The notes under the pieces are model-generated. The model worked only from the letters and a program-made list of their open reading frames with translations. It was not told the DNA's origin and made no database searches. Positions 19,842-30,877 of a stretch of DNA of 64,000 nucleotides are shown here, one piece after another. The DNA is from Candidatus Marinacidobacterales bacterium (GTDB taxonomy: Bacteria > Acidobacteriota > Vicinamibacteria > Marinacidobacterales > DATDRI01). The stretch spans positions 1-64,000 of the forward strand of contig OZ244742.1 of NCBI GenBank assembly GCA_965219415.1. Direction: 5' to 3'. Both the position numbers and the translations under genes were made by a program. How positions within the stretch are numbered: position 1 is the stretch's first letter; the number at the start of each line of letters is the position of its first letter.

Positions 19842-21236
19842 CTACTTGTACACGATGCCATCCTTGATCACGTGAACCACGCGGTGCTGCAGAACCTCAA
19901 TCTCTTGCAGGGGATCACCGTCCACCACGATGATGTCCGCCAGCTTGCCGACCGATACCGTGCCGAGCCTATCGTCGACTCCTTGCATTTGAGCAGGACG
20001 GAGCGTTGCGCTTTGAATGGCCTCCATCGTTGACAGGCCAGCCTCTGCCAGGTTGGCGATTTCCTTGGGAATGGGGCTATGAAAATTCAACGGCGATCCA
20101 GAATCACAGCCGGCGACGATCTGCTCGCGACCTCCTGCTTCTATGAAACGCTTCAGCTTCCGTTTCGCGACCTTGACGCGCTCCTCGGCACCGATACCCC
20201 AAGGTATCACCTGCGGACTTCGCCAGGTGACTCGCAGATAATCATAGATATCGGGGGCAAACTGTTTCTTGAACTTTGGATGGTCGACAATCTCGGGGAA
20301 ACGCAGTGCACGCACGTAGGCGTTCCGCATCTCAATCGCGGGCACGATATAGGGTCCGCGTAAGATGTTTGCGGAAGGCCCGGAGCCGATGGGTCGCGCG
20401 CCCCTCACCAGCAAGCGGATGTCTTCATCGCTGTAGTCTGACAGCGGATCCGCTGTGAACACCTGCTGCAACCGGTCCACGCCTGCCTGGACGGCAGTGC
20501 GGTAGGCCTGAATATGCCGCACACCCGCGTCTACGCCGATGCCGGCCTCGTGAGCGGTGGCGGTAATCGCTTCCAGAACCGGCTGATCCCAGAGCCCCTC
20601 GACGTCGATCTGATCGACTTTCATTGCGATGAGCTTCTTGGCGAGGGCGCGAGCTTCGTCCGGAGTACCGACGGTATAGTCGTCCGGGCTGACGCCAGGA
20701 TTCTTGTTCCGCTGTCTCACGAGCGGACCGGCAAGATAGAGACGTGGCCCGATTCTCGTCCTGGATTCGATAGCCGCTCTCAAAGCCTGTTGTTCTGCCA
20801 ACGGCCCGCCGAGATCCCGGAAACTGGTGATGCCGGCCATGAGGTTCGTCTCGGCTACCGCACTCATGATTTCCATCATCCGATCGCCGAACTTGTCGCG
20901 GAACTCGCCCGGCTTTCCTTCGCCAACATGCCACAAGTGGCCATGTGCGTCCCACAAGCCAGGCAGAACCGTCATGCCGTTGCTATCCACGACCTTCGCA
21001 CTGTCCGGCACCGCCAATTGACCAACCCGACCGACCGCGACGATCGTGTCATCCTCGATGAGAATCACCGCGTCCTCGAGCGGGGAGCCGCCGAACCCAT
21101 CGATCAGCCGGCCGCCGACTATCGCCAATGTGGCTTGGCGCGCGCCATCAACGCTTTGCGCTGGAACCGCAACCCCCTCAGCAACCATGAGTGCGAGGGT
21201 TACTAGCAACCACTTTTTGCACACCGCGGTCTTCAT
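19842..21236 (-). CDS. Secreted amidohydrolase family protein (imidazolonepropionase-like fold)
   Basis: Signal peptide; LPGLWDAHGH, GITSFRDLGG, AGCDSG and GKLADIIVVDGDPL motifs. Confidence 0.88.
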   Translation of the reverse strand: MKTAVCKKWLLVTLALMVAEGVAVPAQSVDGARQATLAIVGGRLIDGFGGSPLEDAVILIEDDTIVAVGRVGQLAVPDSAKVVDSNGMTVLPGLWDAHGHLWHVGEGKPGEFRDKFGDRMMEIMSAVAETNLMAGITSFRDLGGPLAEQQALRAAIESRTRIGPRLYLAGPLVRQRNKNPGVSPDDYTVGTPDEARALAKKLIAMKVDQIDVEGLWDQPVLEAITATAHEAGIGVDAGVRHIQAYRTAVQAGVDRLQQVFTADPLSDYSDEDIRLLVRGARPIGSGPSANILRGPYIVPAIEMRNAYVRALRFPEIVDHPKFKKQFAPDIYDYLRVTWRSPQVIPWGIGAEERVKVAKRKLKRFIEAGGREQIVAGCDSGSPLNFHSPIPKEIANLAEAGLSTMEAIQSATLRPAQMQGVDDRLGTVSVGKLADIIVVDGDPLQEIEVLQHRVVHVIKDGIVYK

Positions 21237-21426
21237 GGGTTTCCTCCTGAGCCTAGAACCAGACGCGAAGCTATATGGACCTCGTCGGGAAATCAAATCG
21301 GACGGGGCCGGCATCTTCTCGTCGGTCTACCCGGCGCGGCCTCCCGTATGGTAGTGTCACCTGGCGATTCACGAACGAAACGTCCCCGATGACCAGCGGG
21401 AGAAGCCTCAGTTCAAGGAGGAAGCC

Positions 21427-22782
21427 ATGTTTCATCGTCATTCTTCCATGATGACGCTTGTCGGACTCGCCCTCTTCCCCCTCTTAACATTGACCGGCTG
21501 TGGGACCGAGGAGCCTCCTCCCGTGGAAGGGCTCACCGCGTTCGTCGGGGGGAGTGTCTTCGACGGCACCGGCAGTGATCCAATCGAAGACGCCGTCCTC
21601 GTGGTCCGTGAAGGAAGGATCGAGGCGATTGGCCCGATGGAAACGATTCCCATCCCCGACGGCGCAGAGCGGATCGACGTCTCGGGAAAGACGATCATCC
21701 CTGGCATCATCGTTACCCACGCTCATGTGGGGGAAATCAAGGGGCTGGAACGAAGCCCAGAGAACTACACCGAGGAGAACGTGCTGAGTCAGCTCGCACT
21801 GTACGCGCGCTACGGGGTGACCACGGTCGTGAGCCTCGGGGCTCATATGGACCCCGCCGATATGGTCGCTGGTTTCGCCATCCATGATGCCCAGGAAACT
21901 CCGCAGCTCGACAGGGCTCGCCTCTACATGGCTGGGTTCGCGCTGGATGGCAAGGACCCCGACCGGGCAAGAGCGCAGGTCAACGAGCTAGCGGATATGG
22001 GAGTGGATCTTATCAAGCTTCGGATCGATGACGACCTGGGCACGAGGGAAAAGACCACGCCCGAGTTCTACCGCGCCGTCATCGATCAAGCGCACCAACG
22101 CGGCCTCAAAGTCACCGCGCATCTCTATTACCTAGAGGACGCCAAGGGAATCCTCGATGCTGGCGTGGATTTCCTCGCCCACAGCGTCCGTGACCAGGAA
22201 GTGGACGAAGAATTCATCGCCATGCTCAAGGAACGCAAGGTGTGCCAATCCCCTACACTGGTGAGAGAGTTGGTGAGCTACGTCTATGAAGATGTCCCCG
22301 ACTTTTTCGAAGATCCCTTCTTCTTGAAAGAGGCCGATCGGGACGTGATCGAGCAACTCAAGGATCCGGCACGACAGCAGACAGTTCGTGAGAGCCGGTC
22401 CGCACAGGCCTATAAGCAAGCTCAAGTCATCGCGTCGAAAAACCTGAAGAAGCTGGTGGATGCAGGAGCCACGGTCGCGTTTGGCACAGACAGCGGCCCC
22501 CCGTCGCGCTTCCAAGGCTACTTCGAGCACTTGGAAATGGATCTCATGGCCCAGGCCGGCCTCACCCCAACTCAGATCCTGGTCTCGGCGACCGGAAACG
22601 CAGCGCATTGCTTGGGGCTGGACGATCTGGGAACGCTCGAGCCGGGGAAGTGGGCCGATTTAGTCATCCTCACGGACGATCCACTGGTCGATATCGAGAA
22701 TGTGCATAGCATCGACTCGGTTTGGATCGCGGGCAATAGGGTTCCCGAGCGCGAAGAGGGCCGCACTGCCGAGACGGAATAG
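21427..22782 (+). CDS. Amidohydrolase family lipoprotein
   Basis: Lipobox LTGC; THAH, VTAH, LAHS, FGTDSG and GKWADLVIL..DPL motifs. Confidence 0.88.
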   Translation: MFHRHSSMMTLVGLALFPLLTLTGCGTEEPPPVEGLTAFVGGSVFDGTGSDPIEDAVLVVREGRIEAIGPMETIPIPDGAERIDVSGKTIIPGIIVTHAHVGEIKGLERSPENYTEENVLSQLALYARYGVTTVVSLGAHMDPADMVAGFAIHDAQETPQLDRARLYMAGFALDGKDPDRARAQVNELADMGVDLIKLRIDDDLGTREKTTPEFYRAVIDQAHQRGLKVTAHLYYLEDAKGILDAGVDFLAHSVRDQEVDEEFIAMLKERKVCQSPTLVRELVSYVYEDVPDFFEDPFFLKEADRDVIEQLKDPARQQTVRESRSAQAYKQAQVIASKNLKKLVDAGATVAFGTDSGPPSRFQGYFEHLEMDLMAQAGLTPTQILVSATGNAAHCLGLDDLGTLEPGKWADLVILTDDPLVDIENVHSIDSVWIAGNRVPEREEGRTAETE

Positions 22783-22906
22783 ACAGATAGAGCTAGCGAC
22801 CATTCTACCCGGCTTTTCCGATGGGATGGACCTCGGCCGCGAGGCGTGGGCCCAAACGGTTTTTCTCGGACTCCAATCGTAGCTCGACTGCAGGTTCATC
22901 CAGAAT

Positions 22907-22990
22907 CCCCAGGCGATTGCTGGGCGGCACGCGGAGTTCCTGGAGCGACTCCGCCGCATCGAGCATGACCCAGTTTTCTTTGCGCCAGAC
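22907..22990 (-). pseudogene. HigB-like (plasmid-killer RelE family) toxin shard
   Basis: MLDAAESLQELRVPPSNRL matches the HigB signature L.VPP.NRLE.L. Confidence 0.65.
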
Positions 22991-23064
22991 GCTACACGCT
23001 TGGCGATAGCCTCCGCAAGCGCGCCCGTCTGACCGAAAGTAACACAAACGTTGTTACTTTTAGT

Positions 23065-24450
23065 GGGTTTACGCGGATTCGTGTGGGTAAGTTCTGACGG
23101 AAAAACAGTGTAACTCATTGTGTGGAAAAGGTATCGAGTACTTCATCAGGTGCTGAAAAGTGGTCCATTTTTAGGATAGGCTAACCGAGTGAAAAATTCC
23201 CAGTCGATCCGCTCGCTGTTTGCGCTGCCAGGTTTCGTGGTTGGTGCCGGATTGAAGGGTCTATTCGGTGACCGATACGCCCGTGTCATCCAGCTCAAGA
23301 GGCGAAAAAAACAGCTGTGTGCTCTTACTGTGGGCAACGGTGCCGGGGGCGCTATGACAAGCAAGTGTGCCGGGTCCGCGACCTGTCGTTGGCAGGCTGG
23401 CGGATCTATCTGGAATACGAGCGTTGGCGCGTCAACTGTTCTGGGTGCGGCGGTGTGCATGTAGAACACCTAGACTGGCTGGCGAACAACTCGCGCTACA
23501 CCCAGCGTTTTGCGACGCATGTGGGCAAGCTGTGCCGGGATATGCCGAACAAGGCGGTGGCCGAGATGGAACGTCTGCACCACGGTACGGTGAAGGCTCT
23601 GGATACACGCTCTACATGCAAGAGCAGGTCGACCGGGCGGGGCTACCGGCGCCTCGGGCCATCGGTGTCGATGAGATCTCCATCCGCAAGGGACATAACT
23701 ATCGCGTCATTGTCAGCGACCTGGAGCGGGCGCGTCCCATCTGGGTGGGCGGTGAGGGTCGCAAAGAAACCGACATCGATTTGTTCTTCAAGGCGCCGGG
23801 CGGAAAGAAAAGCGCCCGTATCAAGCTGGCCGCCATGGATATGTGGAAGCCCTTCCGGAACTCGGTGATTCACAACGCGCCTAATGCGCGGATCATCTTC
23901 GACAAGTTTCATATCATGCGTCATCTGTCAAAGGCCCTCGATGAGGTCCGGCGCGGTGAGTACAAACGCCTCAGCGGCAAGGACCGGTCGTACATCAAGG
24001 GGCAGCGTTACACTTTGCTTTCCCGGCGGGAGAACCTGAGCCTAGACGGTCGCCGCGCACTCAAAAAGTTGCTCCAGGCCAACCGGCGCCTGAACACCGC
24101 CTATATTTTGAAGGAGGCCTTCGGGCAACTCTGGGATTACCGCACCGAACGCGGCGCTCGCGCCTTTTTCACCCGTTGGAAAGACAGCCTCAAATGGCAA
24201 CGCCTGCATCCGTACCAGAAGTTCGCCGGTATGATTGAGTCCCATTGGGATGGTATCGCCTCCTACTGTCATCCGGAGAACAAAGTCAGTCTCGGCCTAG
24301 TTGAAGGGGTCAACAACAAAATCCGTGTTCTGCAACGACGCGCCTACGGCTATCGCGACGAGGAATATCTCAAGCTGAAGATCGTGGCGGCTTTCCTTCC
24401 GCCATTACCCAGAAATGCAGTTTTCAACCCACACGAATCCGCGTAGACCC
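23065..24450 (+). mobile_element. ISL3-family element, complete
   Basis: IRs GGGTTTACGCGGATTCGTGTGGGT / GGGTCTACGCGGATTCGTGTGGGT. 8-bp duplication CTTTTAGT at 23057-23064 and 24451-24458. Confidence 0.93.
23189..24446 (+). CDS. ISL3 transposase (frame change at an A7 run ~23305; second indel ~23608)
   Basis: Zn finger CSYCG..CSGCG; GVDE, AMDMW, FDKFH and EGVNNKI..LQRRAYG motifs. Confidence 0.85.
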
Positions 24451-24566
24451 CTTTTAGTTATTCGGCCCGGACGCAGTAGGTTTCATCGACGAGCCGCTCC
24501 TTATGCATGAAGCGTGAGTGTCGCCGTCGCTATGGTGAATGCTGAGCGCAAGCTGAGGGGGTTCTC

Positions 24567-25043
24567 ATGCCTAGGCTCACCGAGCTTTTAGTGAATCGGG
24601 CGCGTATCCGCATCGTCGCCGACCCGGAAGCCAGCCTCCTAAGCGTGTTGCGAGAGCAGACGAACCTCACGGGCGCCAAGTACGGGTGCGGCGAGGGTCA
24701 ATGCGGTGCCTGTACGGTACTGGTCGATGGCTCCCCCGTCCGGTCCTGCCTCACACCGATGCGCGCCGTCGCAGGTAGACAGATCACTACGATCGAGGGC
24801 CTAGAGGACCAGGGCCAACTCCATCCGGTGCAGGAAGCCTTTCTAGAGATGGGGGCGCTGCAGTGTGGGTACTGTACGCCGGGGATGATCCTATCCGGCG
24901 TTGGCCTCCTGAACAAGAACCCGAACGCCACGCGAGAGGAGGTCCTTCGCTTCATGAAGGGCAACATCTGCCGCTGCGGAACGTACCCGAGGATCCTGGC
25001 GGCGATGGAAAAGGCCGCAGAAATTATCGGGGAGAAGGATTGA
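24567..25043 (+). CDS. (2Fe-2S)-binding small subunit of a xanthine/isoquinoline oxidoreductase (IorA/CoxS-like)
   Basis: GCGEGQCGACTVL..SC, QCGYCTPG and NICRCGTY motifs. Confidence 0.93.
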   Translation: MPRLTELLVNRARIRIVADPEASLLSVLREQTNLTGAKYGCGEGQCGACTVLVDGSPVRSCLTPMRAVAGRQITTIEGLEDQGQLHPVQEAFLEMGALQCGYCTPGMILSGVGLLNKNPNATREEVLRFMKGNICRCGTYPRILAAMEKAAEIIGEKD

Positions 25044-27181
25044 TGAAGGACAAGAAAACATCCTTCCCGATGTCTTTAGAGCCCGAGCGCTACGAGTTCG
25101 CTGAATCGGCCGCCTACCACTTCGACGTCGACCGAAGACAGTTCCTAAAAGTCTTCGGTGGCGGCATTCTCATCTTCGTGAAACTCGACGAAGCTCTCCG
25201 GGCCCAGGAAACTGGAGGGCGGCCGCTTCCGAACGATCTCGCGGCCTGGCTTCACGTCGGCGGAGATGGCGTAATCACCGTCTATACCGGAAAGGTCGAA
25301 GTGGGCCAAAACGTCCGTACCTCTCTCGCCCAGGCGGTCGCCGACGAGCTGCGTTTGCCAATGGAATCCGTGGGTGATACCGACCGGACGCCGTACGACA
25401 TCGGTACCTTTGGAAGTTTCACGACACCCCAAATGGCTCCCCACCTGTGGAAGGCATCGGCTACGGCGAGAGAAATCCTTACCGATTTGGCCGCCAAACA
25501 ATGGAACGTGGATCGCGCCACGCTCGTCGTCGCGAGCGGCAAGGTGTCGGATCCAGCAAAGAATCGCTCGATTGCGTTTGGTGAGCTCACGAAGGGCGAG
25601 AAGCTCATCCAAACGATCAGCGATCCCGCGCCCACTACCGCCGCGGGCAATTGGACCGTTGCCGGCAGGTCGGCCGCGAAGGTGAACGGCCGTGCTTTCG
25701 TGACGGGACGGCACCGCTTCGCTTCGGACATCAAGCTACCGGACATGTTGTACGGGAAAGTGCTTCGGCCGCCCTCCTTCGAGGCCACCTTGGTTTCCGT
25801 CGACACGAGCGAGGCGGAGGCGATGGAGCGAGTGGTGGTGGTCAAAGACGGCGACTTCGTGGGAGTCGCTGCGCCAAGCCAGCACCAAGCCGCCCGAGCG
25901 GTGGATGCCATTCGGGCGGAGTGGGCATCAACGTCTCATCCATTATCCAAGGACCTGTTCGACTACTTGAAGGCGAATCCCTCGGACACTCGGGGATGGC
26001 GCGGACCGAGGCGTTACGCCGAGGGCTCGAGCGCGAAGGGACTGGCTACGGCAGACCGAAAGCTCGAGGCCCGCTACACCGTCGCCTACATCGCCCATGC
26101 CTCGTTGGAGCCCCGGGCCGCGGTAGCTCAGTGGAAAGGTGGCAAGCTTACGGTCTGGACCGGAACCCAACGACCCTTCAAGGTCCGCGATCAGCTCACC
26201 GAGGCGTTCCATCTCCCGGAGAATCAAGTGCGCGTGATCGTGCCGGACACAGGCTCGGGGTATGGAGGCAAGCACACGGGCGAATGCGCGATCGAGGCGG
26301 CGCGGCTGGCAAAAGCCGCCGGCCGCCCGGTGAAGCTGGTGTGGACCCGTGAAGAAGAATTTACCTGGGCCTACTTCCGTCCCGCAGGTCTCATCGAGGT
26401 GACGAGCGGTGTTAAAAATGATGGAACCCTCACCGCCTGGGAGTTCCATAACTACAACTCAGGCCACTCAGCGATCGAGGGTCGCTACGAGATTCCCAAC
26501 CTGCACATCGAGTTCCATCCCGCGCGCTCACCTCTTCGACAGGGCTCGTATCGCGCCCTCGCCGCAACGGCGAATCACTTCGCACGCGAGTCCCACTTGG
26601 ACGAGCTCGCTCACGCGATCGGGATGGATCCCCTCGAGTTTCGTCTAAAGAATTTAAAGGATGAGCGCCTGATCGCGGTACTCGAAGCGGCCGCCAAGCA
26701 GTTCGAGTGGGGAAAGAGGAAAGCCTCCAAGGATCGGGGCCTCGGTCTCGCCGGGGGATTCGAAGCAGGCTCCTATGTCGCCACGTTCGCGGAGGTGTCG
26801 ATCGGGCGGCCAAGCGAAAAGGTTTGCATCGACCGCCTCGTTACCGCGTTCGAGTGCGGAGCCATCGTGAACCCGGATAGCCTAAAGAATCAGGTCGAGG
26901 GCGCGGTGATCATGGGAATCGGCGGCGCCTTGTTCGAAGCAATAGATTTCGCCGAAGGGAAGATCGAAAACCCCTTCTTCTCGCAGTACCGCGTGCCGCG
27001 GTTCAGCGACCTTCCTGCGCTGGAAACGATCCTCCTGGACCGCAACGACTTGCCTTCGGCGGAGACTGGAGAGACGCCCATCGTCTGCGTGGCCCCGGCG
27101 ATCGGGAATGCCATCTCTAGCGCGACGGGCACTCGTCTGAGGTCTCTCCCGATGATCCCCGACGGCCTAAAGGGAGTTTGA
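25043..27181 (+). CDS. Molybdopterin-binding oxidoreductase large subunit (IorB-like)
   Basis: DRRQFLK leader; GKVEVGQ, AHASLEP, GSGYGGK, WTREEE, ECGAIVNPD..KNQVEG and GE.P motifs. The ATG overlaps the small-subunit TGA. Confidence 0.9.
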   Translation: MKDKKTSFPMSLEPERYEFAESAAYHFDVDRRQFLKVFGGGILIFVKLDEALRAQETGGRPLPNDLAAWLHVGGDGVITVYTGKVEVGQNVRTSLAQAVADELRLPMESVGDTDRTPYDIGTFGSFTTPQMAPHLWKASATAREILTDLAAKQWNVDRATLVVASGKVSDPAKNRSIAFGELTKGEKLIQTISDPAPTTAAGNWTVAGRSAAKVNGRAFVTGRHRFASDIKLPDMLYGKVLRPPSFEATLVSVDTSEAEAMERVVVVKDGDFVGVAAPSQHQAARAVDAIRAEWASTSHPLSKDLFDYLKANPSDTRGWRGPRRYAEGSSAKGLATADRKLEARYTVAYIAHASLEPRAAVAQWKGGKLTVWTGTQRPFKVRDQLTEAFHLPENQVRVIVPDTGSGYGGKHTGECAIEAARLAKAAGRPVKLVWTREEEFTWAYFRPAGLIEVTSGVKNDGTLTAWEFHNYNSGHSAIEGRYEIPNLHIEFHPARSPLRQGSYRALAATANHFARESHLDELAHAIGMDPLEFRLKNLKDERLIAVLEAAAKQFEWGKRKASKDRGLGLAGGFEAGSYVATFAEVSIGRPSEKVCIDRLVTAFECGAIVNPDSLKNQVEGAVIMGIGGALFEAIDFAEGKIENPFFSQYRVPRFSDLPALETILLDRNDLPSAETGETPIVCVAPAIGNAISSATGTRLRSLPMIPDGLKGV

Positions 27182-27188
27182 CGAACCC

Positions 27189-27871
27189 ATGAAGGGTTTC
27201 ATGCTGTTCGGCCTCCCAGTTCTTGCGGTCGGTGCCGCCCTCGGAGGCTTGCCGGAGGACAACGTACAAGGCCTCTGGTCCTATCAGTCGGTGACAACCG
27301 CCGAGCAAACCGAAGGGGCCCTCGCTGGACTCTTTCTCTTTCACGACGGTAAGTTCGTTCACCAGGCGATGCGTGATGGCGAGCCGATGGAAAATCAGCT
27401 GGCGGATACGCACGTCGGTACATATCAGCTGAAAGGCGTCGCCCTACGGTTCGATGTAGAAATCGGCATCTTGGTCACGCCCGGGCAGAGTCCCTTGTTG
27501 TCCGGGCGCTCCAACACCACACTTCCAAGTCTCCGTTCGGCGTTCCGGGGACCAGCTCGCCCTCACTTTCGCAAACGGGAATGCCGAAAAGCTAACCCGG
27601 ATCCCCACTAAGGCAACGACTCTGGTTCGCCTCGACCGCGGCATGCTCGCTCTCACCGATGAGCACTCCTCCTCGTCACGACGCCCGAGGGCGGCTGGCT
27701 GGCGGGCTCGAGCACTTTCCAGCGTCACGGAAACGACCTCCGTCTCGATGCGCTGCGTTGGTTCGCCGTTCAAGGAGAAGAAGTCTTCTATGCGCGCGAT
27801 CACATCTTCGAAGCCACCTTCGATGGTCAGTGGTTGTCTTTTTCGCAAGGCCCTCGTTTTCGAGTGACTAA
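27189..27871 (+). pseudogene. Secreted hypothetical protein, frameshifted
   Basis: Signal-like N-terminus directly after the oxidoreductase. Coding-like sequence continues in other frames to ~27871. Confidence 0.4.
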
Positions 27872-28149
27872 GTAGTCGCGCTTCGGCTTCAGCCCCTACG
27901 GCGTGCCGACCCGAATCTTTTGAGCAAGGTTAGTCCCGAGGGAGGCTTGAATCGCGAGGTCCAACTGGGGTTGACGTTGAGTGGGAAGATCTCTCGAAGA
28001 AAGCCCGCGTTTCGGGTTCGAGAATCTCAGGGTGCCGCTTGGCGTGGCGGTGGATACCGATGGTGCGATACATGATGTCCAAAGGCTTGGCCGATTCTCC
28101 AGCCAGCTCGGAGATGCGCCAGCCCCACGCTGGCATAACGAAACCGGAA

Positions 28150-28430
28150 GAGCTCCCGTAAGAAGGGCGGAGTACTCGGACATTCGTCTCGCGAAATCCT
28201 TCTCCGGTCTCGATTGCACTTCGACGTGAACCAAGACGATCTCCGGCGCCCCCTGGTGGGTCTCTTGCCTGGCGACGACGTCCACTTCCCGGGTGGTACC
28301 CCGCGGAAAATCAATGGGGAGCTCCTTGTCCAAGAAACTGCACCGTCCCGAAGTCCAGCCGTGCGGCCACATCGGGAAAAAATAACTCCAGGAAGTCCTT
28401 CAAGAACTTCTCCAGGAGCGTTTTAAATTG
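28150..28430 (-). pseudogene. Rpn/DUF4351-type PD-(D/E)XK nuclease (putative transposase) N-terminal shard
   Basis: FKTLLEKFLKDFLELFFP..LDF..FLDKEL...REVDVVA...VHVEVQ...FARRM.EY (one frameshift). Confidence 0.7.
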
Positions 28431-28465
28431 GTCGGGTCCTCATTAGTGTCTCCGGGCTCCGCCGC

Positions 28466-28774
28466 GTGCCGCTCGATCCGAACGACGTCTATTTCTTGGA
28501 AGCCGTGGGCGACGACACGCTGGTTCGCCAGCGATCCAAACGCCGTCTCCGGGACGTTCGCCCCCTCGGCACTCTTCTCAAAGAATTCACGCCCTACGGA
28601 TTCCTCCGAATCCATCGCAACCATGCAGTCAACTTGGCCCGCATCCAGGAGATCCGCCGCCGGAAGGGGAGGGAAGACTGGGAGGTCAAGCTCGAGCCTC
28701 CAGTTAACCGAGTACTTCCGGTGAGCCGCGACCAGATTGGCAATTTACTCAAGGCCTTCGGTGCAGGGAAGTAG
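28466..28774 (+). pseudogene. LytTR DNA-binding domain (probably 5'-truncated response regulator)
   Basis: DVYFLEA, FLRIHRNHAVNL..I and LPVSR motifs. Confidence 0.8.
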
Positions 28775-28970
28775 AGGACTCAAGAAGCGACCGGCCGCTC
28801 AAATCCAACCGCAAAGTACTCGACACACTCTTTCGATCCGGCCGCGTTCCCGTTCAAGAAAATTCCTTGACGCTCGGACGCTCGGCCTCCATACTGTAGA
28901 AAACACGGAGATTTCCGTTATTTTCCGGCCGAAAACGTAGCCAATTCTTGCCCAGGAAGGGGAGGGTGAC

Positions 28971-30554
28971 ATGCTGCCAATAACACGCGTGGTGATGTTC
29001 AAGCACGGGGTGGGGTACTTCCAGCGGACCGGGAAAATAGAGGGCAACGAGTTGATCGAGCTCTCCTTCAAGGCTTCCCAAATGAACGATGTGCTCAAAA
29101 GCCTTACCGTTCTAGACCACGGTGGGGGTACGTTCGCAGCGTTGTCCTATGACAGCGAGGAGCCGATTGAACGACGACTGGCTGAGCTTAACATCCAGAT
29201 CCCAGCAAAAGGCGCCTTCTCAACGTTTCTCGACCGGCTCAAGGGCGCGAAGGTCGCGGTCCCACGAGGTACCGACAAATTGTCGGGGACCATCGTGGGG
29301 GATTGAGGAAGTAAAGCGCTCCATCGGTGACGCCGCTGTGACGGAACCGCACTTGGTGGTCCTCGCTGACGAGGGGTCGATTGGTAAGGGTACCACTGCT
29401 CGAAGTAGACGAGCTGAGCTTCTTGGACGATAACGTTCAAAAGGACCTTAAGACTCTCCTCGACATACTTTTTTCGTCGTTGCGGAAAGACCGCAAGCGT
29501 CTGTCCATCCAGGCGCTGGGTGCGAAAGAGCGTCAGGTGTCACTCTCCTACGTGGTCGAGGCACCGGTTTGGAAAACCAGTTATCGTCTCGTACTACCAG
29601 CGGCCAACGACGACGAGGCGTTGTTACAAGGCTGGGCTCTCGTCGACAACACGACCGAGGACGATTGGGAGGGGGTCACCTTGTCGCTCGTGTCCGGACT
29701 TCCGATCTCGTTCGTCCACGACCTCTACACCCCCCGTTACCGTAGGCGGCCTGTCGTGGAGCTCGAGGAAGAAGCAGCGGTGGCGCCACCCGCCGCAGTA
29801 GCGGCTGAAGCAGGGGGACAGGACCTCGGGGAGGAAGACGTTCTTCTCGATGTGATGTCCGACGAAGGGTCTGTGGCACAGTACATCAAACTGCCGCCGC
29901 CCACCGCTCGGCTGCGCGAGTCGATCGACGTCCATACGAGAACACAAGAGGTAAGCGATCTGTTCACCTACGAGATCACACAACCCGTGGATGTAGGCCG
30001 TAGCCGCTCAGCCCTCGTACCGATTCTGCAGGCGAACGCGGACGCGGAACGGGTCGTGCTGTATAACCCCGCCATACGCGAAAAGAACCCAATGACCGCC
30101 TTCCGGTTGAAAAACCGTACCGGCCTCACGCTCGAGGGCGGCCCTGTCACTGTGTTCGAAGGCGATGCCTACGTAGGGGAGGCGATGCTGGACAATATGC
30201 GCAAAGACGACGAGCGCATCACGCCATACTCGGTCGAGCTCGCGGTCACGGTGAAGCACGAGTCTCACCAAAAGCGTGAGGCATTTACCAGGGTCAAAAA
30301 GCACGGCCAGTACATTCACAAATACTACCGTAACCTGTTAGTCAACGGAGTACGAGTTCGTCTCCGGCCTGGATGATACGTTGGTCGCTTACTTGGATCA
30401 CCGCTTCACGCACCCCGCGCGCGAAAACACGCCCGAGCCTTCTGAAGTTAAAGACAACTTCTGGCGCTTCAAGCTTGAGTTGCCGGGTAAGCAGACTACA
30501 AGCTTCTCCGTCATGGTGAGTGAGATAAGAGCCGCACTCAGGAGCACCGTGTAG
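28971..30554 (+). pseudogene. DUF4139-like protein, frameshifted and C-terminally cut
   Basis: MLPITRVVMFKHGVGYFQR, YVVEAPVWKTSYRL and LQGWALVDNTT.DDW..V.LSLVSGLP motifs, spread over several frames. Confidence 0.75.
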
Positions 30555-30747
30555 CCGAGCCATAGAGAGTCCGGCCCCGGACGGACGCCGATGGTGGGGG
30601 GCTGTAGGACGCATCGTGAACGCGTCCTAGTGTACGCGCTTCCCGGGCCCCCGGCACAAATGCTTTGAGCGCGTCCCAACCTCGATGCTTGCACCATCCG
30701 CCCAACCGATAGCCGGAGCTGTGCCAAGATAAAGCAGGCAATTAATT

Positions 30748-30792
30748 TGTTACTTTTCGTTACTTGGTCAGACCGAGTAACCAAAGGTAACA
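30748..30792. repeat. Palindromic repeat family, copy B (full length)
   Basis: TGTTACTTTTCGTTACTTGGTCAGACCGAGTAACCAAAGGTAACA is an imperfect 45-bp palindrome. Confidence 0.7.
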
Positions 30793-30877
30793 GATTTGGT
30801 CAGGTGACCTGGACTCGAACTAGGAGCGCCGGAGTCACGATCCATGGCTTCTCGCGGTTGGCGGGCGTTAAAGAGGA

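Larger units (their letters stand above)
23029..24478. repeat. Palindromic repeat family, copy C (degenerate head-to-head pair) split by the ISL3 insertion
   Basis: Removing ISL3 and one duplication gives CTGACCGAAAGTAACA-CAAACGT-TGTTACTTTTAGTTATTCGGCCCGGACGCAGTA. Confidence 0.5.

Noticed and set aside
24863-25042. 60-aa N-terminal extension of the molybdopterin subunit
   Set aside because: It overlaps the 2Fe-2S gene. The TGATG coupling with an RBS supports a start at 25043.
30748-30792. Palindromes as integron attC sites
   Set aside because: They begin with GTTAC and end with GTAAC, opposite to the RYYYAAC...GTTRRRY layout. There is no cassette array or integron integrase.
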